Origin: Syntrophobacteraceae bacterium
Lineage (GTDB): Bacteria > Desulfobacterota > Syntrophobacteria > Syntrophobacterales > Syntrophobacteraceae
NCBI GenBank assembly: GCA_013314815.1
Contig: JABUEY010000002.1
Span: forward strand, 4,192-68,191
Direction: 5' to 3'
DNA length: 64,000 nt
Part shown: positions 28,513 to 38,560 of the stretch, in pieces
Layout: each line of letters begins with the position of its first letter
Position numbering within the stretch: position 1 is the stretch's first letter
The notes under the pieces: model-generated
What the model saw: the letters and a program-made list of their open reading frames with translations, nothing else
The model's database searches: none
What the model was told of the DNA's origin: nothing
Program-made: the position numbers and the translations under genes

Positions 28513-29310
28513 ATGAAACAAAAAGTCATTGATCGCGTGAAGGAACTTCTGGAAGCGGGGAAAATTCAGGGCTTTGTCGGGCTTCGAGAAAGCGGGGGCC
28601 ATGTGAGTCCCTACGTTTTCACCAAGGCCGAAGAGCTTGCGGAACTCAGTCTGGGAGACCACGAGAAATCCGGTGACGCGCGCTATCCGCTGAACAAGGT
28701 GCTCATCCGCCTTGCCCGGTCTTATCCCGATGCAACATTCGCGGTCCTGGTGCGCGGTTGCGATGAACGAGGCCTGATTGAACTTTTCAAATGGAACCAG
28801 CTGGCCCGGGAACGGGTAATTTCCGTGGGCATTACCTGCCCGCCGGACCTGGCTGAGGCGTGCTCATGCACCCGTCCATACCCCGAAGAACCTGTCGCGG
28901 GGGACAAAGGGAATGGTGTCGCCCAAAGCCCGGCCCTTGAAAATATCCAGGCTATGGCGACTCAGGATCGGTTCAGGTTCTGGATGGACCATTTCGACCG
29001 ATGTGTGAAATGCTACGGGTGCCGCAATGTCTGTCCCATGTGTTTCTGCAATGAGTGCAGCCTCGAAGAAGACGAACTCGTCGAGACGGGAGTTCTCCCC
29101 ACGGAGAATCCCATCTTTCACCTGACCCGTGCTGTTCACATGATAGGCCGGTGCATTGACTGCGGTCTTTGTGAAGAGACCTGTCCTGCGGACATCCCGC
29201 TCAGGACACTCTACAAAAAAGTGGCCGAAATCGTTGCGGAGCAAACCGGATTCCGTCCAGGTGTGGATCCGGAAGAAAAATGTCCGTTCAACATATACGG
29301 CGACACGTAG
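28513..29310 (+). CDS. 4Fe-4S dicluster protein (AsrA / hydrogenase Fe-S subunit-like), last gene of the hdr/mvhD locus
   Basis: 265 aa with CVKCYGCRNVCPMCFC and CIDCGLCEETCP motifs. Family placement beyond 'Fe-S dicluster protein' is uncertain. Confidence 0.7.
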   Translation: MKQKVIDRVKELLEAGKIQGFVGLRESGGHVSPYVFTKAEELAELSLGDHEKSGDARYPLNKVLIRLARSYPDATFAVLVRGCDERGLIELFKWNQLARERVISVGITCPPDLAEACSCTRPYPEEPVAGDKGNGVAQSPALENIQAMATQDRFRFWMDHFDRCVKCYGCRNVCPMCFCNECSLEEDELVETGVLPTENPIFHLTRAVHMIGRCIDCGLCEETCPADIPLRTLYKKVAEIVAEQTGFRPGVDPEEKCPFNIYGDT

Positions 29311-29332
29311 CCAAAGAACCGCCAATCCGTTT

Positions 29333-29381
29333 CCGGCGGGCCGGTCTGCAGCTTTCTTCGACAGGCATTCCGGCCCGCCGC
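29333..29381 (+). terminator. Candidate terminator hairpin after the hdr/mvhD locus
   Basis: CCGGCGGGCCGG ... CCGGCCCGCCG: an 11-bp GC stem with a ~25-nt loop, 23 nt after the stop at 29310. It is followed by only a weak U-rich stretch (GCGTTTCCTTCC). Confidence 0.35.
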
Positions 29382-29987
29382 CTGGCGTTTCCTTCCTTGC
29401 CACTGGTCTTTTCAGGAGATATCCCTTCCCAGCTCGTCCCAAATCCTTCCCGGATCTCAGGATCCCCGTGATTCCTTTGCGGGCCGACTCGATCTCTGCG
29501 CCGGGGATTCTCTGTCACCCGGAATTGCCTGTGAGGATACCGAAGTCAAAACACTTCGTTGCGAGTCACCTGTCCGGGTTGGACGAGGACGCCTCGCCCT
29601 CCGGTCCCAAGGATTCCGGCCGATATTCGCCGAAGGTGATTGACGTCCGGGACCGATCTTCCTTGTCACACCGGCCGCATTCTGATATGAATGACGGACG
29701 CAATCGGGTGCTCAATTCGGAGTTCCCCGGCGCTGAGTCTCGAATCAAGAACAAAACAGCGGCGTTAAAAGAGGGGTGCTCCGCCTCCGTGCGGAGCTGT
29801 AAAAGCTTCCTCCTCCCTTTGCGGAGAGGCAGGGAGCAAGGAGTAAACTTATCTTTTTGCAGGCTGGAATATAACCGCCCGGCAGGCGGTTTCTCCGGAC
29901 AGGGGTCAGGGAAGCTGAATTCCTGTTCAAGTGATGAACCTGCCGGGACTGATCCATCGGGGTTTTCAATCAGGAGGTGAGTGAAGA

Positions 29988-31031
29988 ATGAAGAGGAAGA
30001 ATCTGTGTATTGCACTGGCCCTTTCGGCAGTATTGTTCTTCGGCCTGTCGGTGGTGCTGGAATCCTATGCATGGGCGAGGGCCGGAGGCGGTCGTTCGAT
30101 GGGGAGCCGCGGCAGTCGTACTTTTTCGACCCCAAGCACGCCAACCAGGCCGACTACGCCGGCTCCGACACCATCGAGCCCGGGAATGAGCACTCCGGGG
30201 CGCCAGCAGACGCCCGGAAGCCAGCCGGCAACGGGCGGCACATTCGGCAGAAGCCCGTTTCTCCAGGGACTGGCGGGTGGTCTTGCAGGCGGATTTCTCG
30301 GCAGCATGCTCTTCGGCGGCATGGGACATGCGGGTGGAGCCGCGGGACAGAGTGGCGGCGGCGGAATCGGGTTCCTCGAAATACTGATCATAGGTGCGGG
30401 TATCTATTTCCTCATGAAGTTCTTGAGAAGGCGGCGTGAACAGACGGCTGAAGCAGGGTACTCGAGTCATGCAGGACGCATGGAGATCCCTTCGTCGACT
30501 CCGTCGGGGACGCCTGCGTATCTTGGAGGTTCGTCCGCTGAACCGGTTCGACCATACGATGAGGTCGAGAAGGGCTTCCAGGATATCAAACGCTTCGATC
30601 CGGGCTTCGACGAAGAATCCTTCAAGGAGACGGTCCAGGACATCTTCTTTCGCATTCAGGCCGGTTGGATGAACAGGAGCTTGGACGGCATCGGAAGATG
30701 GCTCACCTCGGAGATGGCGGAGAATTTCACTGCCGAGTTTGACAGGTTGAAGCGGGAAGGACGGAGCAACCGGCTGGAGAACATAGCGGTGCGGAAGGTG
30801 GAGCCGAGCGAGGTGTGGCAGGAATCGGGCAAGGAGTATGTGACGGTGCTCTTTACGGCAAACCTGCTCGATTACACGGTTGACGACCGGACGGGTGAAG
30901 TGGTGAGCGGCAGCAAGCTCGATCCGGTCAAGTTCCAGGAATTCTGGACATTCTGCCGGGATATCGGGGCTTCTCAGTGGCAGCTATGCGCCATCAACCA
31001 GGTCGATGAACAGGCGCCAGGTATCCATTAG
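29988..31031 (+). CDS. Tim44-like domain membrane protein
   Basis: Signal/TM segment, a Pro/Thr/Gly-rich linker, a second TM (GFLEILIIGAGIYFLMKFL) and a C-terminal Tim44-like domain (FDPGFDEESFKETVQDIFFRIQAGWMNRS...EYVTVLFTANLLDYTVD). A strong AGGAGGTGA SD is present. Confidence 0.75.
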   Translation: MKRKNLCIALALSAVLFFGLSVVLESYAWARAGGGRSMGSRGSRTFSTPSTPTRPTTPAPTPSSPGMSTPGRQQTPGSQPATGGTFGRSPFLQGLAGGLAGGFLGSMLFGGMGHAGGAAGQSGGGGIGFLEILIIGAGIYFLMKFLRRRREQTAEAGYSSHAGRMEIPSSTPSGTPAYLGGSSAEPVRPYDEVEKGFQDIKRFDPGFDEESFKETVQDIFFRIQAGWMNRSLDGIGRWLTSEMAENFTAEFDRLKREGRSNRLENIAVRKVEPSEVWQESGKEYVTVLFTANLLDYTVDDRTGEVVSGSKLDPVKFQEFWTFCRDIGASQWQLCAINQVDEQAPGIH

Positions 31032-31640
31032 TCTTTTCAGATCCAGTGAACGCACGAAATCCGGATCATTCATGAAGAAATCGCACTCGTCCTCTTCGAA
31101 GATCCGGCAGGCCAGGGATCGCCACGGGTGAATGGAACAGAGGCTTCCGCCGCACCGTTCCTCCCAGAGAAACGGGCAGAAGCGGTGGCCTCTACCAAGC
31201 CCGAGGCCGAAGATAAATTTCCAGCGGTCCGGGATGTCCGAATCTGTCGGAAATTCGGGCAGACCGCTGGAAATCTCGCAACATCCTCCACAATGGCTGC
31301 AGTAGGAGACCCCGTCACCTGCAGGCTGCAGGTATTCAACGCTCGACCGGACAAGGGGAGTGCAGGCCAGCCGGTCTTTCCGCCATTGTTCCACCCGCAG
31401 GTAAAAGACGCTCCTTTCCAGGATCATTTTCCTTGCCCTGGCCTTCTTGAGGCGAGGAGACAATCTTTCCCACCATGCCTCGTCCTTCAGAACCATCAGG
31501 TTGCGAACGACGTAAGTAAGGGGGAAAAAACGCCTTGATACCGCCTTGCGCGGGATTCTTGAGTGCCTCCCGCCTGTCCTGGAAGAGCGTACGAGTCTTC
31601 TTACGGTCAGCGTGACGGTTCTGAGATTCTTGATGGCCAT
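30984..31640 (-). CDS. YkgJ-family (CxxCxxCC, UPF0153) zinc/iron-chelating protein
   Basis: Probable start is ATG 31640 (MAIKNLRT). It carries the YCSHCGGCCE motif typical of the YkgJ family. The 3' end overlaps the convergent Tim44-like gene by 48 bp. Confidence 0.55.
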   Translation of the reverse strand: MAIKNLRTVTLTVRRLVRSSRTGGRHSRIPRKAVSRRFFPLTYVVRNLMVLKDEAWWERLSPRLKKARARKMILERSVFYLRVEQWRKDRLACTPLVRSSVEYLQPAGDGVSYCSHCGGCCEISSGLPEFPTDSDIPDRWKFIFGLGLGRGHRFCPFLWEERCGGSLCSIHPWRSLACRIFEEDECDFFMNDPDFVRSLDLKRLMDTWRLFIDLVDGA

Positions 31641-31704
31641 GGTTTCCGTTCCCGGTTCGAGGGCAGGTTCCAGATGGGTTACAGGGGGAGACGCCTCCGG
31701 CCTG

Positions 31705-32421
31705 TTATGAGTGAAGGGTTCGCAGGTTCGGGTTGAGATGCGGGTTATTGAGTTCGGCTTCCGACGGGCGGATATAGAGGGGGACACTGGTGAGTGGGTC
31801 GTCTGCCGCTCCCTCGATGAACTTCCTGTGTGCCAGGTACCCGACGAAGCCTGCCCGGAGGATATGAAAGGGAGCGGGAGCTTCCACTGCACGGGTTCCC
31901 AGGCGCTCCCGGAAAAATTCCCTGTACATCAGCCACCCGTCGCCGCAAAAGACGGTGCTGCCCGGGACATGCGGCAGCACTCCTTCCGGGGGCAGTACCC
32001 GATAGGAGCCCGCGCGCTCGAGATTGCCCGCTTCGTCGGGTTCGTAACGTGCGAAAAAGACCTCTTTCTTGTAGGCATTCAGAATGCAGCAGACGGGAAG
32101 CGGGGAGAAGGCAAGGGGAGCCGCGAGGGCATCGAGGGTGGGTATGCCCGCGAAGGGCTTGCGCATTGTCCAGGCGAGGGTCTTTATGGTGGTGAGGCCG
32201 ATCCGCAGACCCGTGAAACTCCCGGGACCGATAGTGACGGCGAAGCCGTCAAGACTTTCGACGGTCCAGTCCACTTCGTTGAGGACCGTGTCGATGGACT
32301 TGAGCAGTCGACGGTTGTGGGTCTGGGCCGACTGTAGAGTCCATTCGCACAGGATTCGGGAGTCTTCCGTAAGAGCGACGCTGCCCGAAGTGGTGGAAGT
32401 GTCGACAGCGAGTATCTTCAT
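31705..32421 (-). CDS. tsaB: tRNA t6A37 biosynthesis protein TsaB (YeaZ)
   Basis: Begins MKILAVDTSTTSGSVAL and contains GPGSFTGLRIG. Confidence 0.85.
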   Translation of the reverse strand: MKILAVDTSTTSGSVALTEDSRILCEWTLQSAQTHNRRLLKSIDTVLNEVDWTVESLDGFAVTIGPGSFTGLRIGLTTIKTLAWTMRKPFAGIPTLDALAAPLAFSPLPVCCILNAYKKEVFFARYEPDEAGNLERAGSYRVLPPEGVLPHVPGSTVFCGDGWLMYREFFRERLGTRAVEAPAPFHILRAGFVGYLAHRKFIEGAADDPLTSVPLYIRPSEAELNNPHLNPNLRTLHS

Positions 32422-32443
32422 GATTTGGAGGCAGTCCGAGCGG

Positions 32444-33532
32444 TCATGGCAGAAAATCCGGCTTTCTGCCCGGTATCAGCCGCATGATATCGTTGTAGAA
32501 GACAACGATCATGAGGGCCAGCAGGACAAGCATCCCTATCTTCTGAGCCGCTTCGATCTTCTTGACACTGATGGGCCTCCGAAAAACGGCTTCGATGGTG
32601 AAGAACAGCAGGTGCCCGCCGTCGAGTACGGGAATGGGAAGCAGGTTGAGGACGGCGAGATTCACGCTGATGAGGGCAATGAAATGGATCAGGTGGAGAA
32701 GGCCTTCTTCGGCCTGCTGACCGGCCATCTGGGCGATCAGGATGGGGCCGCCCAGGGTTTGAAGAGGCACGACTCGCTCGATGAGCTTCCAGACGGTGAG
32801 CAGAAAGAGCTTGCTCAGGTGTATGGTCTGCGTAACACCGTAATAGCCTGCAAGAAGAGGATTGACCTTGTTGACGGTGACCTTCCCCGAGGCGGTGACC
32901 CCGATGACGGGTCGCTTGACAGTCTCCCCGAAGATGTTCTTCACCTCGGTGACGGACGGAGTCACCTGGACGGCCAGGATGTCCTCGCCTCGCCTCACCT
33001 CCAGTGCCAGGGGCCTCTCACCGAATTTCTCGATAGTCTGAGACAGATCCTCCCAGTTCCTGATGGCGTTGCCGTTGATAGATACGACCTGGTCGCCCGG
33101 CTTGATCCCGGCCTGTTCAGCGGGTGAACCGGAGGTGACGGAACCCACCTCGGATGTGAGTTCCGGCATGCCCGCAAAGGCGAACATGAAGGTGAAGATG
33201 ATGATCGCCAGGATAAAGTTGGACAACGGACCAGCCAGCACAATGCCCATACGGCGGCCCACGGGCTGAGAGGAAAAACTGCGGGCGCGCTGGTCTTCGG
33301 TGACGTCTTCTTCCCCATCCTCTCCCAGCATTTTCACATACCCGCCAAGGGGGATGAGGGACAGCCGGTATTCGGTTTCACCGCGCGTTACGGATATCAG
33401 TTTCGGCCCGAAGCCGAGGGAGAAGCGCAGAACCGTGACGTTGAACCACTTGGCCACGAGAAAATGGCCGAGTTCATGAACAAAGATCAGTATGCCGAGA
33501 ACTACGACAGTGGAAAAGGCAGTTGTGAGCAA
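32444..33532 (-). CDS. rseP: RIP site-2 metalloprotease RseP
   Basis: HELGHF zinc motif in the first TM, a central PDZ domain and the C-terminal LNLLPIPVLDGG motif. Confidence 0.9.
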   Translation of the reverse strand: MLTTAFSTVVVLGILIFVHELGHFLVAKWFNVTVLRFSLGFGPKLISVTRGETEYRLSLIPLGGYVKMLGEDGEEDVTEDQRARSFSSQPVGRRMGIVLAGPLSNFILAIIIFTFMFAFAGMPELTSEVGSVTSGSPAEQAGIKPGDQVVSINGNAIRNWEDLSQTIEKFGERPLALEVRRGEDILAVQVTPSVTEVKNIFGETVKRPVIGVTASGKVTVNKVNPLLAGYYGVTQTIHLSKLFLLTVWKLIERVVPLQTLGGPILIAQMAGQQAEEGLLHLIHFIALISVNLAVLNLLPIPVLDGGHLLFFTIEAVFRRPISVKKIEAAQKIGMLVLLALMIVVFYNDIMRLIPGRKPDFLP

Positions 33533-33604
33533 GATATCTCCCTTATTTATTATAGATGATAACCCGGACGGTGCCGAAAATCCAGCATACCTCGATGTCC
33601 GGAT

Positions 33605-34771
33605 TCAGAATTCCGCCATGATTTTCAGGGCTTCATGCCTTGCCCATTCATCCGCCATGACCACGGCGTCGAGGTCGAGAGCAGCGGGCGGTTGATGCAC
33701 CTTCATAACGGCCTCGATAAGCCTCGATATGGAAGAAAAGCCGATCTGCTTTTCGAGGAACGCATTCACAGCCACTTCGTTGGCGGCATTGAGCACGGCC
33801 GGGTAGGTGGAGCCTCGTCTGCACGCTTCGTACGCCAGGCGAAGGCAGGGGAAGCGTTCTTCGTCGGGTGGATAGAAGGAGAGTTTTTCGAGGTGGAAGA
33901 AGTCGACGGGAGGCCCTTCAACGGGAAGCCTTTCTGGATAGGCGAGGGCATAGGCGATGGGTATCTTCATATCAGGTATGCCCATCTGTGCAATAACGGA
34001 CCCGTCGATGTATTCGACCATGGAATGCACGATGCTCTCAGGGTGGATGTGCACGTCGATGCGGTCGACAGGGACTCCGAAAAGCCAGTGCGCCTCGATG
34101 ACCTCGAGCCCCTTATTCATCAATGTCGCGGAATCGATGGTAATCTTTCTTCCCATGGACCAGTTCGGATGGCGTAGAGCCTCTTCCGGAGTGACGGCGG
34201 CCAGTTCTTCGGATGACCTGCGGAAGAAGGGGCCTCCGGAAGCGGTGAGCAGGATGCGTTTCAGGGCATTCCGGTGATTGCCCTGCAGAGACTGGAAGAT
34301 GGCGCTGTGCTCACTGTCGACCGGAAGAATGCGGATGCCCTTTCGAACTGCCAGGTTCATAACGATTTCACCGGCGATGACCAGGGTTTCCTTGTTGGCG
34401 AGCGCCAGGTTCTTTCCGGCCTCGATGGCCGCAAGGGTCGGCAGCAATCCGGCGGCTCCCACCATGGCGGAAACGAGCATTTCGGCTTCGGGGTGCGAAG
34501 CCACCCGTTCGTATCCCTCAGCACCGAAGGCGATCAGCGGTTTGTATATACCTGGTGCGAACGATTCGTTCAGCCGGTCGGCCAGTGATTCGTCGAACAC
34601 CGAAACGAGCAGGGGTTTGAACGCGTCGATCTGCTGCCTGAGCAGGACAATGTTGTGTCCCGCAGCCAGTGCGACCACTCGAAACCGGTCGGGAAATTGA
34701 CGCACGACCTCCAGGGTGCTCACCCCGATAGATCCAGTGCATCCCAGTACGCTGATATTTTTGACTTTCAT
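33605..34771 (-). CDS. dxr: 1-deoxy-D-xylulose 5-phosphate reductoisomerase
   Basis: Start is ATG 34771 (MKVKNISVLGCTGSIG). Motifs LANKE, VDSEHSA and NAANE are present. Confidence 0.95.
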   Translation of the reverse strand: MKVKNISVLGCTGSIGVSTLEVVRQFPDRFRVVALAAGHNIVLLRQQIDAFKPLLVSVFDESLADRLNESFAPGIYKPLIAFGAEGYERVASHPEAEMLVSAMVGAAGLLPTLAAIEAGKNLALANKETLVIAGEIVMNLAVRKGIRILPVDSEHSAIFQSLQGNHRNALKRILLTASGGPFFRRSSEELAAVTPEEALRHPNWSMGRKITIDSATLMNKGLEVIEAHWLFGVPVDRIDVHIHPESIVHSMVEYIDGSVIAQMGIPDMKIPIAYALAYPERLPVEGPPVDFFHLEKLSFYPPDEERFPCLRLAYEACRRGSTYPAVLNAANEVAVNAFLEKQIGFSSISRLIEAVMKVHQPPAALDLDAVVMADEWARHEALKIMAEF

Positions 34772-34799
34772 GTGAGATCCGAACCGGAAATAGACCACG

Positions 34800-35624
34800 T
34801 TACCGAATCAAGGCCAGAACGAACCATGCCATGGGGAAGGCAAAAAGCATACTGTCCAGCCGGTCCATAATGCCTCCGTGGCCGGGCAGCAGATTGCTCG
34901 AGTCCTTGATACCTCCCACTCTCTTGAGCATGGATTCGACCAGGTCTCCCAGTTGACCTGTTACAGCCAGGAGAACACTGAACAGAACAAACACCCACGG
35001 GGAGATACCGTGTATGAAGAGAACCCCGAAAAGTGTTCCCGCCAGAACGCCGAAGAAGAGCCCCCCCGCAGATCCTTCGATGGTCTTCTTGGGGCTGACG
35101 AGTTCGTAGAGCTTGTGTGTTCCGAGGCGTCTTCCGCAGTAGAATGCAGCGATATCGTCGACGACGGTTACGACAATCACAAAAAGCAAGAGGGCTCTGC
35201 CCTGTTCCAGTTGACCGATGAGCAATACATAAGACAAAAGGTAGGGTATGTAAAGACACCCGAGGCTGAACCGTGCCAGGCGGCTGCTTTCACGAGCTTC
35301 GAGGGGAGAACAGAAAAGAACGAGGAGGAATCCACCGAACAGGCTCAGAAACAGCGCAAAATGGAGGCCGATCTGGCCGCCGAGGGCGGCTCCCAGCGGA
35401 TGCACGAGCCCCGCTGCAAGGAAACAGGCGCGCCACCGAAGCGGCAGAGTGTCTGCAAAGACAAATCGCTGGAATTCCAGGAGGCCGGCACACGAGGCGA
35501 GAGCCACGAGCGGAGTCCAGGACCACCAGGGGCCCGCGACGATCACGGCCAGGAGGGGAGCGGCGATGAGAAAACCGGTGATAAGCCTTTGCCTGTGTGA
35601 ATCCCAATGGGGAATATTCAACAT
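34800..35624 (-). CDS. cdsA: Phosphatidate cytidylyltransferase
   Basis: Polytopic protein with the C-terminal CdsA signature SMLKRVGGIKDSSNLLPGHGGIMDRLDS. Confidence 0.9.
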   Translation of the reverse strand: MLNIPHWDSHRQRLITGFLIAAPLLAVIVAGPWWSWTPLVALASCAGLLEFQRFVFADTLPLRWRACFLAAGLVHPLGAALGGQIGLHFALFLSLFGGFLLVLFCSPLEARESSRLARFSLGCLYIPYLLSYVLLIGQLEQGRALLLFVIVVTVVDDIAAFYCGRRLGTHKLYELVSPKKTIEGSAGGLFFGVLAGTLFGVLFIHGISPWVFVLFSVLLAVTGQLGDLVESMLKRVGGIKDSSNLLPGHGGIMDRLDSMLFAFPMAWFVLALIR

Positions 35625-35693
35625 TATTCGATCCGGTATTCGGGAAGGCGGTATCTGACGGGGTGGATAAACACCTCAGATGAATGCAGCCTG

Positions 35694-36449
35694 CTAAAGC
35701 GCCCGGCATGATTTCGTATCCTGCACCTGGTCACTCGTCCTCCCGAAACGCCGCTCCCTTTTCTGAAAGTCGTACAGAGCCTCCAGGAACTGATCCCTGC
35801 GGAAATCCGGCCAGAGGGTCTCCGTGATGTAGAGTTCGGCATAGGCCAGCTGCCAGAGCAGAAAGTTGCTCACCCTGTATTCACCGCCTGTACGGATCAC
35901 CAGGTCGGGATCAGGGAGCTCCTTCGTGAACAGGTATCGTGAAAACAGCTCGGGGGACAGATCTTCGGGTTTGTGCAGTCCCGCCGCTACATCCTTTGCA
36001 AACAGCGCCGCTGCCCTGGCTATTTCCTGCCTTCCTCCGTAGTTCACGGCAAGGCTTAACACGAGCTTGTCAAGTCCGGCCGTTTGATCCACAGCCGCCT
36101 GGAACTCTCTTCGCACATCATGGGGTATGTCTTCAGTGTCTCCGAGGTGAAGAAGACGTACTTCCTTCTCCACCAACTCGGGAAGCTCAGACCTCAGGAA
36201 CCTCTTGAGCAGGTTCCACAAAGCCTTGACCTCGGCCTCCGGCCTCTGCCAGTTCTCCTTGGAAAACGCGTACAGGGTCAGGTAGGAAATTTCGAGTTCA
36301 CGACAGGTTCGTACCACGTCGCGAACCGACCTGGCCCCCTCGTCGTGGCCGAAGACCCTGTTGCGCATTCGCGCCCGGGCCCAACGGCCGTTGCCGTCCA
36401 TAATGATGGCCACATGACGTGGAAGCTTCTGCGGATCTAGCTCATGCAT
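35694..36449 (-). CDS. uppS: Undecaprenyl (isoprenyl) diphosphate synthase
   Basis: Motifs HVAIIMDGNGRWA, FSKENWQRP and RTGGEYRVSNFLLWQ. Confidence 0.95.
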   Translation of the reverse strand: MHELDPQKLPRHVAIIMDGNGRWARARMRNRVFGHDEGARSVRDVVRTCRELEISYLTLYAFSKENWQRPEAEVKALWNLLKRFLRSELPELVEKEVRLLHLGDTEDIPHDVRREFQAAVDQTAGLDKLVLSLAVNYGGRQEIARAAALFAKDVAAGLHKPEDLSPELFSRYLFTKELPDPDLVIRTGGEYRVSNFLLWQLAYAELYITETLWPDFRRDQFLEALYDFQKRERRFGRTSDQVQDTKSCRAL

Positions 36450-36451
36450 CC

Positions 36452-37009
36452 CTATACTTCCAGGATCTCTTTTTCCTTGATGCTGTACACCGCGTCGATC
36501 TTCTTTATATAATCATCCGTGATCTTCTGGATTTCTTCCTGAGCGCGGAACTGATCGTCCTCGGAAATCTCTTTTTCTTTCTTCAGTTCCTTGATCATTT
36601 CATTGACGTCCCGTCGAATGTTTCGCACGGCGACCTTGGTTTCCTCCGCCTGCTTCTTGATGACCTTCACCAGTTCGCGGCGGCGTTCGGCGGTGAGAAC
36701 GGGAATGTGGATACGGATCACTTTCCCGTCGTTCATGGGAGTAAGGCCCAGTTCCGACTTGAGGATGGCCTTTTCCACATCACCGATGATGGTAGTGTCC
36801 CATGTTTGTATCATAATGGTGCGCGGTTCGGGAATCGTCAAAGTCGCCAGCTGGTTGAGGGGGGTGGGCGTTCCGTAGTATTCGACCTTGATTCCGTCCA
36901 CCAAAGATACCGCCGCCCTTCCCGTACGCAGTCTTCTGAATTCACCCTCGAGGCTTTCGACGGCCTTGGCCATACGATCTCGGGCGTCCGCATAGACATC
37001 ATTGATCAT
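36452..37009 (-). CDS. frr: Ribosome recycling factor
   Basis: Start is ATG 37009 ([32 protein letters not shown]). Confidence 0.95.
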   Translation of the reverse strand: MINDVYADARDRMAKAVESLEGEFRRLRTGRAAVSLVDGIKVEYYGTPTPLNQLATLTIPEPRTIMIQTWDTTIIGDVEKAILKSELGLTPMNDGKVIRIHIPVLTAERRRELVKVIKKQAEETKVAVRNIRRDVNEMIKELKKEKEISEDDQFRAQEEIQKITDDYIKKIDAVYSIKEKEILEV

Positions 37010-37736
37010 GATCGAATCCCTCCACCACGGTTCCAATGGATTTGCCCAGAATGACTCGCTTGATGTTCCCTTTTGTTCTCAGATCGAATACCACGATCCG
37101 CATGTTCTGATCCCGGGCAAGGGATATGGCCGTGGCATCCATGACTCCGAGGTTCTTCTGAAGAACCTCGGAAAAACTGATCCGGTCGAACCTCCTCGCG
37201 GTAGGGTCTTTATTGGGGTCCGTGGCGTAGACCCCGTCCACTTTCGTGGCTTTCATGAGGACTCCCGCACCGATTTCAACGGCACGAAGGGCGGCGGTGG
37301 TATCCGTCGTGAAGAAGGGAAGGCCTGTTCCCGCCGCGAAGATGACGATCCGCCCTTTCTCCAGGTGCCTTATGGCGCGGCGCCGGATGTAAGGTTCAGC
37401 CACTTCCTTCATGTCTATGGCCGACTGCACCCGGGTGGGTATGCCGTGCTTTTCCAATGCCTGCTGAAGCGCCAGGGCGTTCATGACGGTGGCGAGCATT
37501 CCCATGTAGTCGGCGGTGGAACGATCCATGCCCTGCGAGGCTCCGGATATTCCTCTGAATATGTTTCCTCCTCCGATCACCACGGCGATTTGAACTCCGA
37601 GTTCGTGCACTTCAGTAATCTCTTCGGCGATCTGTTCGAGCACAACGGGATCAATGCCGTAAGCCTCACGGCCCATGAGAGCTTCGCCGCTCAGTTTCAG
37701 CAATATCCGGTGGTAAAGAGGAGTCTCGTGACTCAT
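36999..37736 (-). CDS. pyrH: UMP kinase
   Basis: Start is ATG 37736 ([20 protein letters not shown]). GGGNIFRG motif present. Confidence 0.95.
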   Translation of the reverse strand: MSHETPLYHRILLKLSGEALMGREAYGIDPVVLEQIAEEITEVHELGVQIAVVIGGGNIFRGISGASQGMDRSTADYMGMLATVMNALALQQALEKHGIPTRVQSAIDMKEVAEPYIRRRAIRHLEKGRIVIFAAGTGLPFFTTDTTAALRAVEIGAGVLMKATKVDGVYATDPNKDPTARRFDRISFSEVLQKNLGVMDATAISLARDQNMRIVVFDLRTKGNIKRVILGKSIGTVVEGFDHDQ

Positions 37737-37799
37737 GGAGTCATCCGTTCTTCCTGAAATATGCCGGGGCATGCACTTCACGGTCCACCGTGGATAGCG

Positions 37800-38411
37800 C
37801 TACTCGGCGCCCAGCTGAAAGCGGGCAAAGCGGCGCACGATGATCTTCTCGCCGATCTTCGCTACCAGCTCGTTCAGGTAGTCCTGAACGGTTTTGTCGG
37901 GGTCCTTCACATACTTCTGCTGAAGCAGAACGGAATCTTCGTAGAACTTGCGCATCTTTCCGTCCACCATCTTTTCGAGAATATTGTCCGGTTTCCCGGA
38001 CTCTTTTGCCTGGGCCATGTAGATCGCCCTTTCGCGTTCGACGACTTCCGCGGGAACGTCTTCAGGACTGATGCCCAGTGGACCGGTGGCGGCGATATGC
38101 ATGGCGATGTTCTTGACGAACTCGATAAAATCTTCGCTCTTGGCCGCGAAGTCCGTTTCGCAGTTGACTTCGATCAGAACCCCGATGCGGCCGCCCGAAT
38201 GGATGTAAGAATGCACCATGCCTTCGGATGCTTCCTTTTCAGCGCGCTTCATGGCCTTCGCAAGCCCTCGCTGCCTCAGCAGGTCGATGGCCTTTTCCAT
38301 GTCCCCGCCCGTTTCCTGGAGGGCCTTCTTGCAGTCCATCATGCCGACGTTTGTCTTTTCCCTCAGGTCTTTGACCATTGCAGCCGTGATTTCCAATGAT
38401 TCCTCCTGCAC
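37800..38411 (-). CDS. tsf: Elongation factor Ts
   Basis: EITAAMVKDLREKTNVGMMDCKKAL N-terminus. Confidence 0.95.
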   Translation of the reverse strand: MQEESLEITAAMVKDLREKTNVGMMDCKKALQETGGDMEKAIDLLRQRGLAKAMKRAEKEASEGMVHSYIHSGGRIGVLIEVNCETDFAAKSEDFIEFVKNIAMHIAATGPLGISPEDVPAEVVERERAIYMAQAKESGKPDNILEKMVDGKMRKFYEDSVLLQQKYVKDPDKTVQDYLNELVAKIGEKIIVRRFARFQLGAE

Positions 38412-38560
38412 AACAATGATAGATATCTGAATTCAGAGACAGCCGATTGTTGTCTCCAAGGACTCGAACTTTTCCCCCTGGCACAGATGGGAGACCCCCC
38501 CCCCGTGCGGCCCGGAGCCGTCTTCAGGTTTTGCGTTCCGGGACCCTCAGGACATAAACG

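Noticed and set aside
27940-28529. Minus-strand ORFs 27940..28185 and 28221..28529 offered by the track in the mvhD2 region.
   Set aside because: With two UGA codons read as Sec, the plus strand encodes a full-length MvhD homolog that is collinear with the paralog at 22902. The antisense ORFs have no recognisable features.
29566-30144. 192-aa minus-strand ORF overlapping the start of the Tim44-like gene.
   Set aside because: It overlaps a well-supported plus-strand gene with a strong SD. It has Ser/Pro/Arg-rich composition and no motif.
30984-31892. Full 302-aa version of the minus-strand ORF, which overlaps tsaB.
   Set aside because: The N-terminal 84 aa overlap the 3' end of tsaB in another frame and look non-protein-like. 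The YkgJ-like homology starts after the internal ATG 31640.
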